Below are positions 11,123 through 22,700 of a stretch of DNA of 47,076 bases, piece after piece (position 1 is the stretch's first letter; every line of letters begins with the position of its first letter). The stretch is from Nemertoderma westbladi (taxonomy: Eukaryota > Animalia > Xenacoelomorpha), in contig JAUCBJ010008035.1 in assembly GCA_032718475.1 (NCBI GenBank), positions 1-47,076 on the forward strand. Reading direction: 5' to 3'. The translations under genes and the position numbers were made by a program. Under the pieces are notes generated by a model. The model saw only the letters and a program-made list of their open reading frames with translations. It searched no databases and had not been told where the DNA came from.

Positions 11123-14100
11123 TAAAAAAACAAAAAACAAAATAGTGTGTATTCGAATGACGTCATGTGACTCTATTTAGAATGACGCGGTGACATACCG
11201 GAAATACATAGTAAATGTATGGCGTAGGGACATACAGATAAATAATGTCGCATTGCGATATAAATTTGGAAAATATGTCGCCCTGACGATTTGGTAGTGC
11301 GAAATTAATTCCATACAAATAAATTAAATTTGCTGGAAACATAATAACTATATATTAAAAGAAAACTTAAAGGAATATTTGCTACATTAATATTAAATAC
11401 GCGAACAAATACACTATATACAACTTTTAATTTGTTAAAACTATTCGGTGAAAATGGAAATACGTTTATAATTATGTTTCTTGGCAACCCTTCCAAACAC
11501 TGAGATGTAATAAATTATTTGGGGCTCGCTAGACTATCCTTACTTATACCAGTCTTAGTATGTCATTATATAGCTACTAAGGGTATTAAATGGCTACAAA
11601 AATAGTATAAGGTGGGAATTAATGGCATACAAAATAGTAGTTGGGATGATGCATAAACATTTATTTCAACTTAAAATAAGTGGCTTTAATTATTTAGGGG
11701 TTTAATAATTCATAAATATGGATATATTTATAGGATGATACAGTAAAAGCACAAGCTAATTGTGCAAAGTCCTACTTTACGCAATGCATATGTTTACTAC
11801 TTCACTGATCCGGAGACGTAGAGCCACATCATTAACCTTGATATCCCATGCGATCAATTGATATCTCATGCGATCAATTGATATCTCATGCGAACACTTA
11901 GCGAAAACGAAAACACTCCAAACTAATACCAGCTTACATTTTATTAACTAATAAAAATCAACGTTTTTTATTTTTTATACAGAATTGCACAACCCAACCA
12001 CCACAGAACAGTATATTACCGTACTGTTAACATTTCCAGGCCCACTGGATGCCTATAGATTCCCAGTAGAAGTAGGGATGAAGAACGGAAAGAGAACATA
12101 AGTGACGTCATCTCTATGTTTAGCCACCAAAGTAAGACACGGCAGTCTGTAACAATATAACGCGCTAGTGAACAGAAATTGGATGAGATCTGTGCACACC
12201 ATACTTGCGACCTCTATCTTGGAATCGGGGGGGGGGGGGGGGGGGGGGGGTATTGGATATCCCAGTATCCTAGTTGGAAATCCCGTTTTGCAATTATATA
12301 TAATTTAAATTACAGAACCAATTATTTATTTGGCTCTTAGCCAATCACAGGAACGAGGAGGGCTGCCCTTGAAAACCCTTTGATGGATAAAATTGCAATT
12401 TGAATATTTTTGGATTTACAATTTTTAATAGCCAAGTGTTAAAGTGGTGTAGGTATCTGATGAATCTTATTATTATGGGAATAAAATCTTAAATACTGGC
12501 TGACAGGGAAATATCTATAAAAAAAAACAATAAAAAAAAGAAACATACAAAATCATAATTATGTATATTATAACCTCAAGATGACATCAATATGCCCTCC
12601 TATGACAATGACGTCACACCATATCCTCCACCTTCCCCATCATCATCTCCCAACATTGCAACCCGTGTTCAGTTCAAACAAGGGGCAGTTCTTTCTTCCA
12701 TTCAGCCATTAGTCCATCTTCCACAAATTGAGTATCGCTTTCAGTGTGCTGCAACCTGCAACACCTTTGCTCAGGGCGCGCTACGCGCTACCGTAACACT
12801 AACTTAGCCATTTAGCGACATCCAGAAATCCCTTACTTCCGTAACCCGTTGCTGCGTTGGTGCAAGGAAAAATGCAAGGACGATGAATTCTTTAGCTGTG
12901 AATCTGGATAGCCCTCCGGCCTATGCTAATTGCAGTTATTAGCTATTCTATTAGGTACCAGGTACCAGCTGACCGTGGCAGGTCTGCCGGTAGGACTCTC
13001 GAAAATGCCATGATGCACTAGACAGTTAGATGTAGGCCTAATAATGGCATTAGCCGAAGTGCCTTTTTCGAGACTATTCGCATGCATTCGGGTGTCAGGC
13101 ATGACGGTCCCCTGTCTGCCTGTATCTAACCAGTCAGCCAGTCCGTGCTCATCAGTTCCTTCCTCTGATTCTGTCAGCACACAGGCAGTTCGTAACACAA
13201 CAGACTGACAGAGAATGGAGTTATCTATATTACGTACCGGTACAATTACTGTATTAGTATTACCGCTAGTAAATCTTCAAACCCTATTACTGTATTAAGC
13301 CTATGCCTGTATGCCAGTATGCTTATCTGCGTTTACTGACTATACCGTAGTTCCTGTCCTGGACCACGACCACCAGGCACCAGACTATGGACTAGGCCTA
13401 ACACCTAACAGTAAGCGGTAAACAGCGACGAATTCTGGAATTAGGACGTCTTCATCAGTTAGAAATTTACAGATTGCCAGTGTAATTGTGAAATACAGTA
13501 AGAAAAACAAAGTAGGCCTACCTGCCTACAGGCTACAGCCACAACCTATTCCATAACTAACTCCTACAGCCTAGCCTGACATCTGACAGCAGTACAGTCC
13601 TATGTCTCATGTCTGTAAGTCCTGACCTGAAGTCCTGACTTGGACTTCGTGATTGCCTAACGGCAAACGGACTAGGTACCGGTACTGCTGTACTGTGTAA
13701 CTCTGTACCTACACGTAACCACGTACTGACGTACGTCTGTACATACAGACATATAAGATCAGAAGATACGATAAGATCAGAAGATAAGACAGTGAGATCA
13801 AGATGTAAGATTACGACGCTAAAGTGTAAAGAATTCTGAATTGGTAGGCCTACTACAGTACTATAACAACTGCTGAACTGTAAGATCAGAAGATTGTATG
13901 AACTGCTGTAGGACAAGACTGCATAGGCAGATAGGGGTATTATCACTGTACTTCAACCCCACTACCAGACTACACTACACACTACCTGACTACTGCCATA
14001 CTGCACACTACTACAACAACACTACTGCAGTACAGCAGTACTGCACTACTATCAGTAGGCCTACAGTACTTGTACTACAGACAAAGAGATGCCTACAAGT

Positions 14101-14230
14101 ACAGAAGTTGGTCAGTTCAAATTTCCCTCCTGTTCTTATAATTGATCCCTTGCTGATATGTATCTCAATCAGAGATGGACACAGACCGGGCCACTCTCGG
14201 GCCGGTTTCTAAATATTGGAAAGCCCGCTA

Positions 14231-14290
14231 GTCTCTGACCTGATGAGCATAAGCTCAAAGGATTGTATGCTTGAGCATGTGGACGACTTC
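14231..14290 (+). mobile_element. RTE LINE fragment, left half (interrupted by the LTR element)
   Basis: Encodes ..DCMLEHVDDF, which continues in frame as CYLGSWIRKS after 31444; homologous to 1590-1650. Confidence 0.8.
14286..14290. repeat. Target-site duplication ACTTC (partner at 31440-31444)
   Basis: Identical 5-mers immediately flank TGTTCGCG... and ...GCTTTTACA. Confidence 0.93.
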
Positions 14291-15539
14291 TGTTCGCGCT
14301 TTCAGACCTTTGGCAGTTTAACCCGCCAAATTAGGATGTCTTTTAGATAATAAATCACTTTTAGCCTCTGACAAGTATTTGATTCACTACACTAGTCGAA
14401 ACCAATCTGTGCGCGATCATTCACCCGCTGGATATACCCGGGAGATTGGGTTCGACGGCTTAATCTTATTGCTATGTAAGCCTAATGTATTATTCGACTG
14501 ACAGTATTATATAATCTCTGACAATATTATTCACCTTCGGGGAATATTAACAGTTCCTTTAGGACGTGGCGCTCTATCTATAAAAACAGAGTTATGACTT
14601 AAACTACTCACAACGATATGGCTTAGTTACAATTCACATATATGGCGCATTCTTTAGGAAATGCTTCGTTATCAGTCTCGCTCATACACAACGCTGCACA
14701 ATGCTGCACACTAATCTGCCGATCTTCACTGATTTTAGTCACATATAAAAGGAACACAGACCGACTCATGTAGGGTCTATCAAATAACATTAGATTCACT
14801 TCAAACCACTTTAACATAAGTCACAATCGTTATATGTAACCTTTCTCTCTTACCTTCGGTATATCAAGAATATTGGGTTTTCGGGGTTATTTATCGTTAT
14901 TCCAAATATAATAATTCATCAACCATATTATGAAGAACCGACAGTAAATAGCAGTATAACAATATAAAAGTATGCACAGGTATATTAGATTAGGTATGTT
15001 GCGTTGATTGAGTATGGGCCAGTTAACCAGTATTTTGGTTGGTTTGTTTGCAGGTTTGAGTTTGTTAACGGATATATGTCCTTATAATTAAGCCTACTAG
15101 TGTTAGGCTAAAACAGAAAAGCACAAAATATTCCCAAGCCGCTCTCTCCTGGCTCAGGACAGAATGTAAACACTGCCCATAATGCATTGCGTGATTTCTA
15201 GGAAATTTCTGTACAAGAGCCATAAAAATGCTCTGATTGGCTGACTGAACTGAGAGATGCCGTAGAACAAAGAAAATCGACACGTATGAATATCAGCTGT
15301 TAACCGTCGTCATAGTAACTACTGTTCAAGAGTAGCTATCACCTTTTGCGTCACGGAATTGCCATAGAATCATCAACTATGCCTTTCACAGTACACATAC
15401 GGAGGAAATAGCTCTTAGATCCTCTAAAAAACACCGATACAGCAATAATACGGTCTCTTACACCTATTAAATCAACTACAGAGTATTTTAATGTGAAAAA
15501 TAATAAAAATAACGGGGCAATTCAGCAAAGGCTTTTACA
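14291..15539 (-). repeat. 3' LTR (1,249 bp, TG...CA)
   Basis: Direct repeat of 30191-31439. Differences seen only at 15071 (G vs A at 30971) and 15258 (T vs C at 31158). Confidence 0.97.
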
Positions 15540-15547
15540 CCGCTCCC
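15540..15547 (-). other. Polypurine tract (plus-strand primer)
   Basis: Element sense strand reads GGGAGCGG immediately before TGTAAAAGC, the start of the 3' LTR. Confidence 0.7.
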
Positions 15548-15862
15548 AGAAAATGGGATTTTCAGTCTATAAAATATAAAAATCACAGTTTCTAAAACCT
15601 AAAGATACTCTAAACAGTTAGTCTTTCTTACGCGGACGGCGTTTACGCAGTTTCTTGAGGCTAGCAAGAGTCCTTTTCTCTTTGGGGCGAGCCACTTTAC
15701 GAGGAGGGCTGTAGCTCCTAGGCGAAGGGTGCAATACAATTGCATCAGAAGGTGTAGGGTTACGATCGGTATACCCGCCGGTCGAAGTACCTGGTTGATT
15801 AATATCAACCTCAGTGGAGCGAGGTCTAATGGCCTTTAGAGCGCGTCTCAGGACAGCAGCTC

Positions 15863-18141
15863 CTACGGGTCCTTGACGGGTCGTCTGGACACTAGTGGTG
15901 GACCGTGAGTGGTGAGGAACTTTCTCGGTTTAATGGTTCTCTCCAGCTCGCGTTCTCGGGTTCGATATTCATATGGTCGCCGAGATACTTCCTGTAGTTC
16001 AGGATGCGAGTTCACAAAGATGTCGCCATACTCAGGGTCCTGACGGATAAAATTGATCAGGTGATATGTGGTTATATCATTAGGGTTAACGTTTCTAAGG
16101 TATTTTCTGACAAACTTGGTGGAAATACACTCACCAACACGCTTCATTAACTCGTAACTTGGTACGCGTGTTTTCTGTTCAATCGACGCGAATAGATAAG
16201 GATGGAACGCGTAAACTCCCTCGTAAGCTCTTCCAGGGTAATAGCGATGTCGGGATTCGCAATGTAAATCCGCGTTCGCTTCCCAAGCTCGGATGTATCG
16301 CAGGGTGATCATCTCGTGTACGCTCTCTAAATCGCGATTAAAGGGACAATTGTAACTTTCATGTCCTTTAAGTTGACAGTAGTGACATTGAGTCATAAAT
16401 TGTGGGCAGACGGCAAAAATATGAGAGTTATTAAGTCTGCAATAAGCACAATATATTTCCATCATCGGTTGTTCGAGGAAATAGGAGCAAGGTACGCTCG
16501 AGTCTAGAGGGGTGAAGTGGTCTCTCGATGCGCATAATCGACAACGTTTTCGAGAAACGTAGTTGGCGTGTCGATAATCGTACGCTGTGAGACGTTGTGG
16601 ACCTTGATACCACTCTATGACATAATCATTGTCACTGCTCCGGGAAGCTGTAGGCTGAATCGCTTCTGATTCCAAGCATACTGGTTCATCCTCCAGCTGT
16701 ATAGACGAAGTGGGTGCGTCTGTCTCAGTAAGTGGATCCACTGTCTGTATTTCCACGACGGAATAACCTGTAGGTATTCGGGGTCTTTGTATAACGGATG
16801 AATGTAAGTTCTGTATACAAACGTCTTGAAAAACGGCAAATCCAGCGCTACTCAGTTTCTCCGCAGCTGAGTCTCTCAGACTGAGTTTGGTCAGCGCGCG
16901 GTCCTTGAACTGACTATCGACGTTACGGAACGGAGTCAGGAAGCGCCGGAAACATTCGAAACGTATGAACTTATTGTGTTCGTCTAACTTGGCGAGTTTA
17001 GTTCCAAGTATTAATGGATGAGCGCGTATGGTACGACTGCACACATCGGCTAGCCAACCGGCAAGTGCTGCGTTTTCAAAGATCGTGTATATAGCTAAGG
17101 AAGGGCGAAGTGGAACACTCATAAAGCTATATACGGCACCAGGCGCAGTTAATGGTCCATCAAAATATAAACGAGAGTAATGATCTCCATATACTTGCTG
17201 GTAATTGATAGGATTTCCAACTTTGAAATTCCATCCATATTCTTGAAAGGCAAGATGTCCGATGGATGTCCGTTGTACTTTAGTAATGTCGCTGGGTGTA
17301 TTGGCATACATAGTGCGAAAGAAACCTCGGCCTTCGGCCCAAGGAGCAATCAGCTGAGTATCAACGAAAGGGTATGGAATGTTTTCCATATTCCGGAAGT
17401 CGTTTTGGAGATCTCCATAAACAGCTGAGCCGATTTTTAGGATTCTTTCGTTAAACAACATTTCGAGCACAGGTTGGGGTAACATTGATCCATCGATACC
17501 CATGGCCGGTTTGCGCTCGGTGTCGGTGACGTAACGCTGCGCGAGCTCGAATTGTCCATGTCGAAGTTTCTTTTGTGTCTCCGTAAGGGTTTCAAAAGAA
17601 TAATCAATCACGTCGGAACACGCTCGAGTGAATACGTGGGTAGAACCAGCGAGTCCTCGTATATGTATCATTCACGTAGTTCCTAGTTCTCCCACCGGAA
17701 CGCTACCTTCGTTGTCATAAGTAACAACGCCATACATCTCGATAACGTTAAGAGTCTCATTCCATTCTTTAGTGGCGTTTTCGAGAGTCATTCCCACTGG
17801 ATGCCACAAAGTAGCGCATTCGCTAGCATTGGGTAAATCTCTATACTTTAAGCATTGTGTAGTATAGGTTTCCACATCTCCATATCGTTTAAATCGATAG
17901 GGTGGCCGGTAGTTAAGAAGTCCATATACGTACCATTACGATGCGTATAGCGAGCTGTGAACTTTCTATAGTCCAATTCACGCGTAAGTTGCTCCTGGGA
18001 CATTGGCGGTTCGATATAACGACCATCGTCCTCCGTAGTAGTTGGATCAGCGTCGCCGCGTATCAAGCTATCGACAAACGCTTGTAAAGGTAGAGTATAT
18101 CTCTCCCTGATACCAAGATCATCTTCTATTAATTCAGTCAT
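15863..18141 (-). CDS. Accessory ORF of the LTR element: DEDDy-like 3'-5' exonuclease plus three Cys/His zinc-knuckle-like motifs (~760 codons when joined; split by a -1 frameshift near 17890 and an in-frame TGA at 17672-17674)
   Basis: Three consecutive ORFs (18141-17848, 17875-17672, 17671-15863) join up. ExoI GVVTYDNEG (D 17714-16, E 17708-10); LPQPVLEMLFNERILKIGSAVYGD (ExoII D 17411-13); FVDTQLIA; SIGHLA; PLRPSLAIYTIFE (ExoIII, YxxxE variant); then CRLCASRDH..C, CAYCRLNNSHIFAVC, CHYCQLKGHESYNC. Confidence 0.75.
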
Positions 18142-18227
18142 ATCTGCTATACGAGTTCACCAATATTATAATGAGTTTATATATTTATTAGGCGAGCGGG
18201 CGTCGCTGCCTATTTCTCCCTTGCCCC

Positions 18228-18335
18228 CGGACAGTGTGAGATTCTCAGCGCCGATGTACCGCTGTCGCTGTACTTTCGCCAACGACGTAGCCGTACAACG
18301 ACAACGATAACCGGCACAAGTCACTCCACTGTCCG
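18228..18335 (-). other. Long imperfect RNA hairpin upstream of the accessory ORF
   Basis: Nested complementary blocks: CGGACAGTG(18228-36)/CACTGTCCG(18327-35), GCGCCG/CGGCAC, CGCTGTCGCTGTAC(18260-73)/GTACAACGACAACG(18293-306). The C.A mismatches on the + strand are G.U pairs on the - strand. Confidence 0.7.
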
Positions 18336-18633
18336 TCCCAAAGGCTTAGATGTACTTCAGGTTTTCCTTGGAGAGTTAGGTTACTTTCACGATTGCGACT
18401 AGCTACTGTAAACACACTTTAGCAGTAACATTCACCTATAAACTCACAAATACCACACAACTGGTCACAACTACGCACATTCGGGCGATTTGTCCGTTAG
18501 TCAATGCCTTCCAGAATGTCACTGTATTATTATGTATCCTTGGATACTAGCAGTGCGCTATTTATTCCCTATGCTATTCAATGGGGCATGCTTTCTATTG
18601 TTCTTTTAACTCACTTCTAATTCTAGCGTGGTT

Positions 18634-18647
18634 GTTGCCATGGTGAC
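18634..18647. promoter_or_regulatory. RFX X-box-like motif inside the LTR element
   Basis: GTTGCCATGGTGAC closely fits the palindromic RFX consensus GTTNCCATGGNAAC; it lies ~490 bp upstream of the accessory ORF. Confidence 0.4.
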
Positions 18648-18954
18648 ATTATGGAAAGCTAGCGGTAGAATTAGGGTAATTCTCATGCATACAGATCTGG
18701 GATGCTATTTAATAGTAATTCTTTAATGGTCAATATCCCCTTTATACATGATTTTATGAATTTTATCGGCTATTGACTATACATTGGAGATTCTCGCACA
18801 CAAATACACTTAATAGAGTGAATCTCCGCTCCAATGATCTATTAATTAATGGAATTTTGGGAATGTTATAAATTGTGTAAAAATGGCAATTTATTAAATT
18901 CATTAAAAGGCATGAATTTAAATTTATTCCCTGAAATTTTATTATTTGATAATT

Positions 18955-19278
18955 AAATGGACATATTTTGATTCTAGAACATGTCTGGGACACAAGATCC
19001 TTAATTCTATGAAAATTGTCCTTTTAAGAATATCGGTAAATGCTACGATATCTTAATTGACTAGAATTGTTGAAGGATCTGAATTTTACAGATTTTGATT
19101 TATTAGATTTGCAAATATTAAATAATTAATATTTGAGATGGGCACCGATTTATTCCAGAACTTGTCTGGGGACGTTAACCACTGATTCTAGAATTTGTCT
19201 TTCAAGTATATCGGTGGGTGCCGCGATATCTTAATCAACTAGAATTACAGATGGTCAAAGGGTTTAACAGATTTACTT
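18955..19278. repeat. Degenerate ~180-bp direct duplication between integrase and the accessory ORF
   Basis: ATTCTAGAACATGTCTGGG..TATCGGT..CGATATCTTAATTGACTAGAATT (18971-19068) recurs as ATTCCAGAACTTGTCTGGG..TATCGGT..CGATATCTTAATCAACTAGAATT (19152-19246). Confidence 0.75.
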
Positions 19279-19790
19279 TGCGTTATACGCTACTGTTAAA
19301 GGGACATCACGCTACTATATGTATTATTTAATATACGGTATGAGAGCAATATCGCACGAAGCAATGTCAGTGTGAAGAGGCAAGTCGTTTCCAAGGTCTA
19401 CCCAGAGCTTGGTTTAGCCGAGACACGAGGATCTGAACTTTGCATTCCTAATACTCTGCCTACCAATAATACTTGAATATAGTAGTGGCTTTATTGTACT
19501 TTAATAAGTACGAAGATTTCATCTTACTGTAGTCACGTATTGATTGTGTAATACGGGCAGTAAGGAAAGAGAAAAAGAATTATTTCTCGCCGTCGCACTA
19601 AATATAATATAAGTAATTACGTACGCAATAAACACTAATATATTGCACTATTCTACTAAATAATCGCTAAATAATATTCTACTAAATTAAATAAAACGAT
19701 TATAATAAAATTACATAGTAATACATACATAAATATAAAAATAATAAAATAATATAAAATAATAGAGTCACACGCCCACTCCGAACGATA

Positions 19791-22700
19791 TTAAGTTGGG
19801 GAGTCCCTAGATGTGGGTTGGATTAGGGAAGTGGTCGTGGGAAGAGTTTCTTGCCTTCCATAGTTTCCGGAGAGCTCTCTGTCTCTTTCCAGTAAACATA
19901 AACGACCCACTGGGCGGTTGAGCTGTTGAGTCTCAAAGACTATCCCTGGTTTCTTAAAGTTACGCCGCATGACGACGAGTTCTACTGATCGCACCAAACC
20001 ATCGCTCGAGATATGAGTCTCGATGATACGTCCTGTTTGCCATCGCTTACGTGGGAGATCGGGGTCCACAATAAGCACCATGTCTCCAGCGCTGACGTTT
20101 TCTTGCTGCGCAAACCACTTAGTTCGAAGTTGTAGAGTGGGCAGGTAATGTTTCTCGAAATGGTCAGCGAAACGACGGGATAGCAACTGCATAAGTTGCC
20201 AGGTTCGACGACAGTACTCGTCTCCGTCTGTGATCTCCGATCGTGGGAGCATGGCTACGGGTTTCTTCAGTAGAAAGTGCGCGGGTGTTAGCGCTTCCAG
20301 GGAATCAGGACTTGAAGAGACTGGCATAAGCGGTCTTTCGTTGAGATAGGCGGCGATTTCCTCCATTAACGTCCGCAATAGTTCGTCGGTGAGATAAGCG
20401 CGACAAGGTACAATAAAGTGGAACGCAGTCTTCACGCTCCTAATCAATCTCTCCCAACTTCCTCCCCACCAAGGGGCGTCGGCGGCGTTGAAGGTCCAGC
20501 TAGACGCTGTTATCTTTAGCTGATCGTCCACCTGTCTTTTGTTCCAGTCCTTTACGTAAGCTTGAATTTCGTTGTTGGCGCCAATGAAGTTCGTTCCCTT
20601 ATCCGATCTCATCGTGTTACTGGTTCCGAAACGAGCGATCTGTCGTCGTAAACTCAACACGAAGCTGTTGGTGGATAGATCGTTTACCATATCGAGATGG
20701 ATAGCTCTACAAGTCATACAAACGAAGATGACACACCATCTCTTGACTATAGTCCGGGCACGATATACTTCAATAGGGCCAAATAAATCCACACCGGTAT
20801 TAGTAAAGGGTGGTTCATAGAAGCTTACTCTTTCCCTAGGTAATTCTGCCTCTCACTGTGTCAAAGGCCTACTGAATGCTTTCCTACAGGGTATGCAGTT
20901 CCTAAGGACTTGGTTCAGAGCCCTACGGGGTTTATAAAAATAGAAGCGAGTTCGAATTTCGCTCAGAACTCGTTCTCTTCCAGCATGATACAGTTTGCTA
21001 TGAACATCTACAATCATCTTGATTTGTATGTCAAGATTTCTAATGAGTATGGGAAATTTAGTGTCAAAGGATAATGGGGCGTTGGTAAGCCTGCCTCCAA
21101 CACGTATTAACCCATCTATCATGGTACTAGAGAAGCGATCCCTTAAGCGCATCTGCGGATTTCTTAACAACAGGAAATACTTATCGGGATCTTCATAGCA
21201 TTGTAGGAGTCTCAGCATCTGTTTGTTGGTTTCATCATGCTCCTGGTAACTGATCTTCTCCTTTAGAAACCTGTCGGATATCTTGTATTTGGGAAGATCT
21301 TTAACAACATGGACTCGTGCAGACGTTGATGGAGCATCATCACTATTGGTCTTTGTCCCGGAGTAACGATGATGAAAACATCGTTTTAAATAGGTGACGG
21401 CTTTACAGAGCCGATTCCAGGAGCTGTAGTGACGTATCGCTCTCTGCAAGAGGGGTGAGAGTCCTTGCGCGATATCTGGTATTCCAGATTTCCAATCCTT
21501 GTCACGGATTTCCAAGACTTCTTTAGTCGTGGCGGTGGGTTTCTGATCCAAAGCATCCTCTCTGGAAGTAAATAATACAGATAGATCAACCGCAGGTTTA
21601 AACAACTTCGATTTACTCGCTCGAGTTTTGGGTTTAACTTTCTCCGCTCCCTTGGCCTGTCTGATCTCTGCTGTTGTGAGATGGGGAGGCCATTCTTCTT
21701 CTTCTCGGTAGAGAAAGTCGGGTCCACCTAACCATTCGGGAGTATTTACCAATTCCTTTGGAGTCGCTCCTCGGGAAGCGATGTCTGCTGGATTAATCGT
21801 TCCGGGGCAATGTCTCCATTGGTCCATCGTCGTGCGACTAAGTATGATGGCTACTCTGTTGGTAACGAAGACGCTGAACTGACAGACTTCATTGGTTATA
21901 TACTCTAACACGAGTAAAGCGTCGGTCCAATAGACAGTTTTCTCTAATGGATAGTTAATCTGTTCTGTTACATTCCGGCCGATGGCTCTAGCGTATAGAG
22001 CCGCTTTTAACTCCGCTCGAGGAACTTTCAACTTGTTGTTGATTAATGCCTTAGAAGTAACCAAGGCGACTTTGATTCCATCCGGAGTTTCCACTCTTAG
22101 ATAGGCTACTATACCTATTCCCATATCGCTGGCGTCTCCAAACACATGGAGTTGATAGGAATACGTAGGGAGAACATGACCAAAGTATGAACGGGAAATT
22201 ATAAAATGCTCGATAGCCGGCAGAGAATCTTCCCATTTCATCCACTTCTTTAATAATTCTCCCTTAAGTGGATCGTCCCATGAGTGGTTTTCAAGCCACA
22301 TTTGTTGTACCAAACTACGAGCAATCAATATAACTGGACTAATAAATCCCAATGGATCGAAATAAGTGCTCAGTATACTTAAGCAAATCCGTTTGGTTCG
22401 AACTGGATTATCTCGCTGTTTTAGCTGGAAAAACAGGATATCTCGCTCTGTGTCCCATTTCAAGCCGAGTGTCTTGGTTTCTGGCAGATCATCTTTGATC
22501 AGATCTAGATCTTTCGCCCCTCGATCTTCCGCAGGGATCGACTCCAGAAACTCACGGGAGTTGCTGGTGAATTTCGTTAATCGAAACCCACCTCTTTTTA
22601 AGCACTCTACCGTTCCTTTAGCGACCTCAATGGCTTCCTCAACTGATGGAAGGGACTTCAGATTGTCGTCCATGTATATGTCTCGCTTGATGTTGTCGAT

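Noticed and set aside
12590-13200. GC-richer stretch with short minus-strand ORFs, possibly a decayed transposase or exon
   Set aside because: I could not recognise convincing motifs in any frame; needs tBLASTx.
14286-14294. Longer 9-bp TSD ACTTCTGTT
   Set aside because: TGTT also begins the 5' LTR copy and the third LTR, so it belongs to the element; the match in the right flank is coincidental.
14623-15283. Short ORFs repeated at 14623/30523/46696 and 15065/30965
   Set aside because: They recur only because they lie in the LTRs; no protein motifs.
15863-17671. env gene call for the 602-aa ORF
   Set aside because: No signal peptide, transmembrane anchor or fusion-protein pattern is visible; the motifs fit an exonuclease plus zinc knuckles.
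17672-20855. Genome-wide UGA reassignment to explain two in-frame TGAs
   Set aside because: CFAP43 and the GPCPD1-like ORF contain no in-frame TGA over ~2,200 codons and use TGG for Trp.
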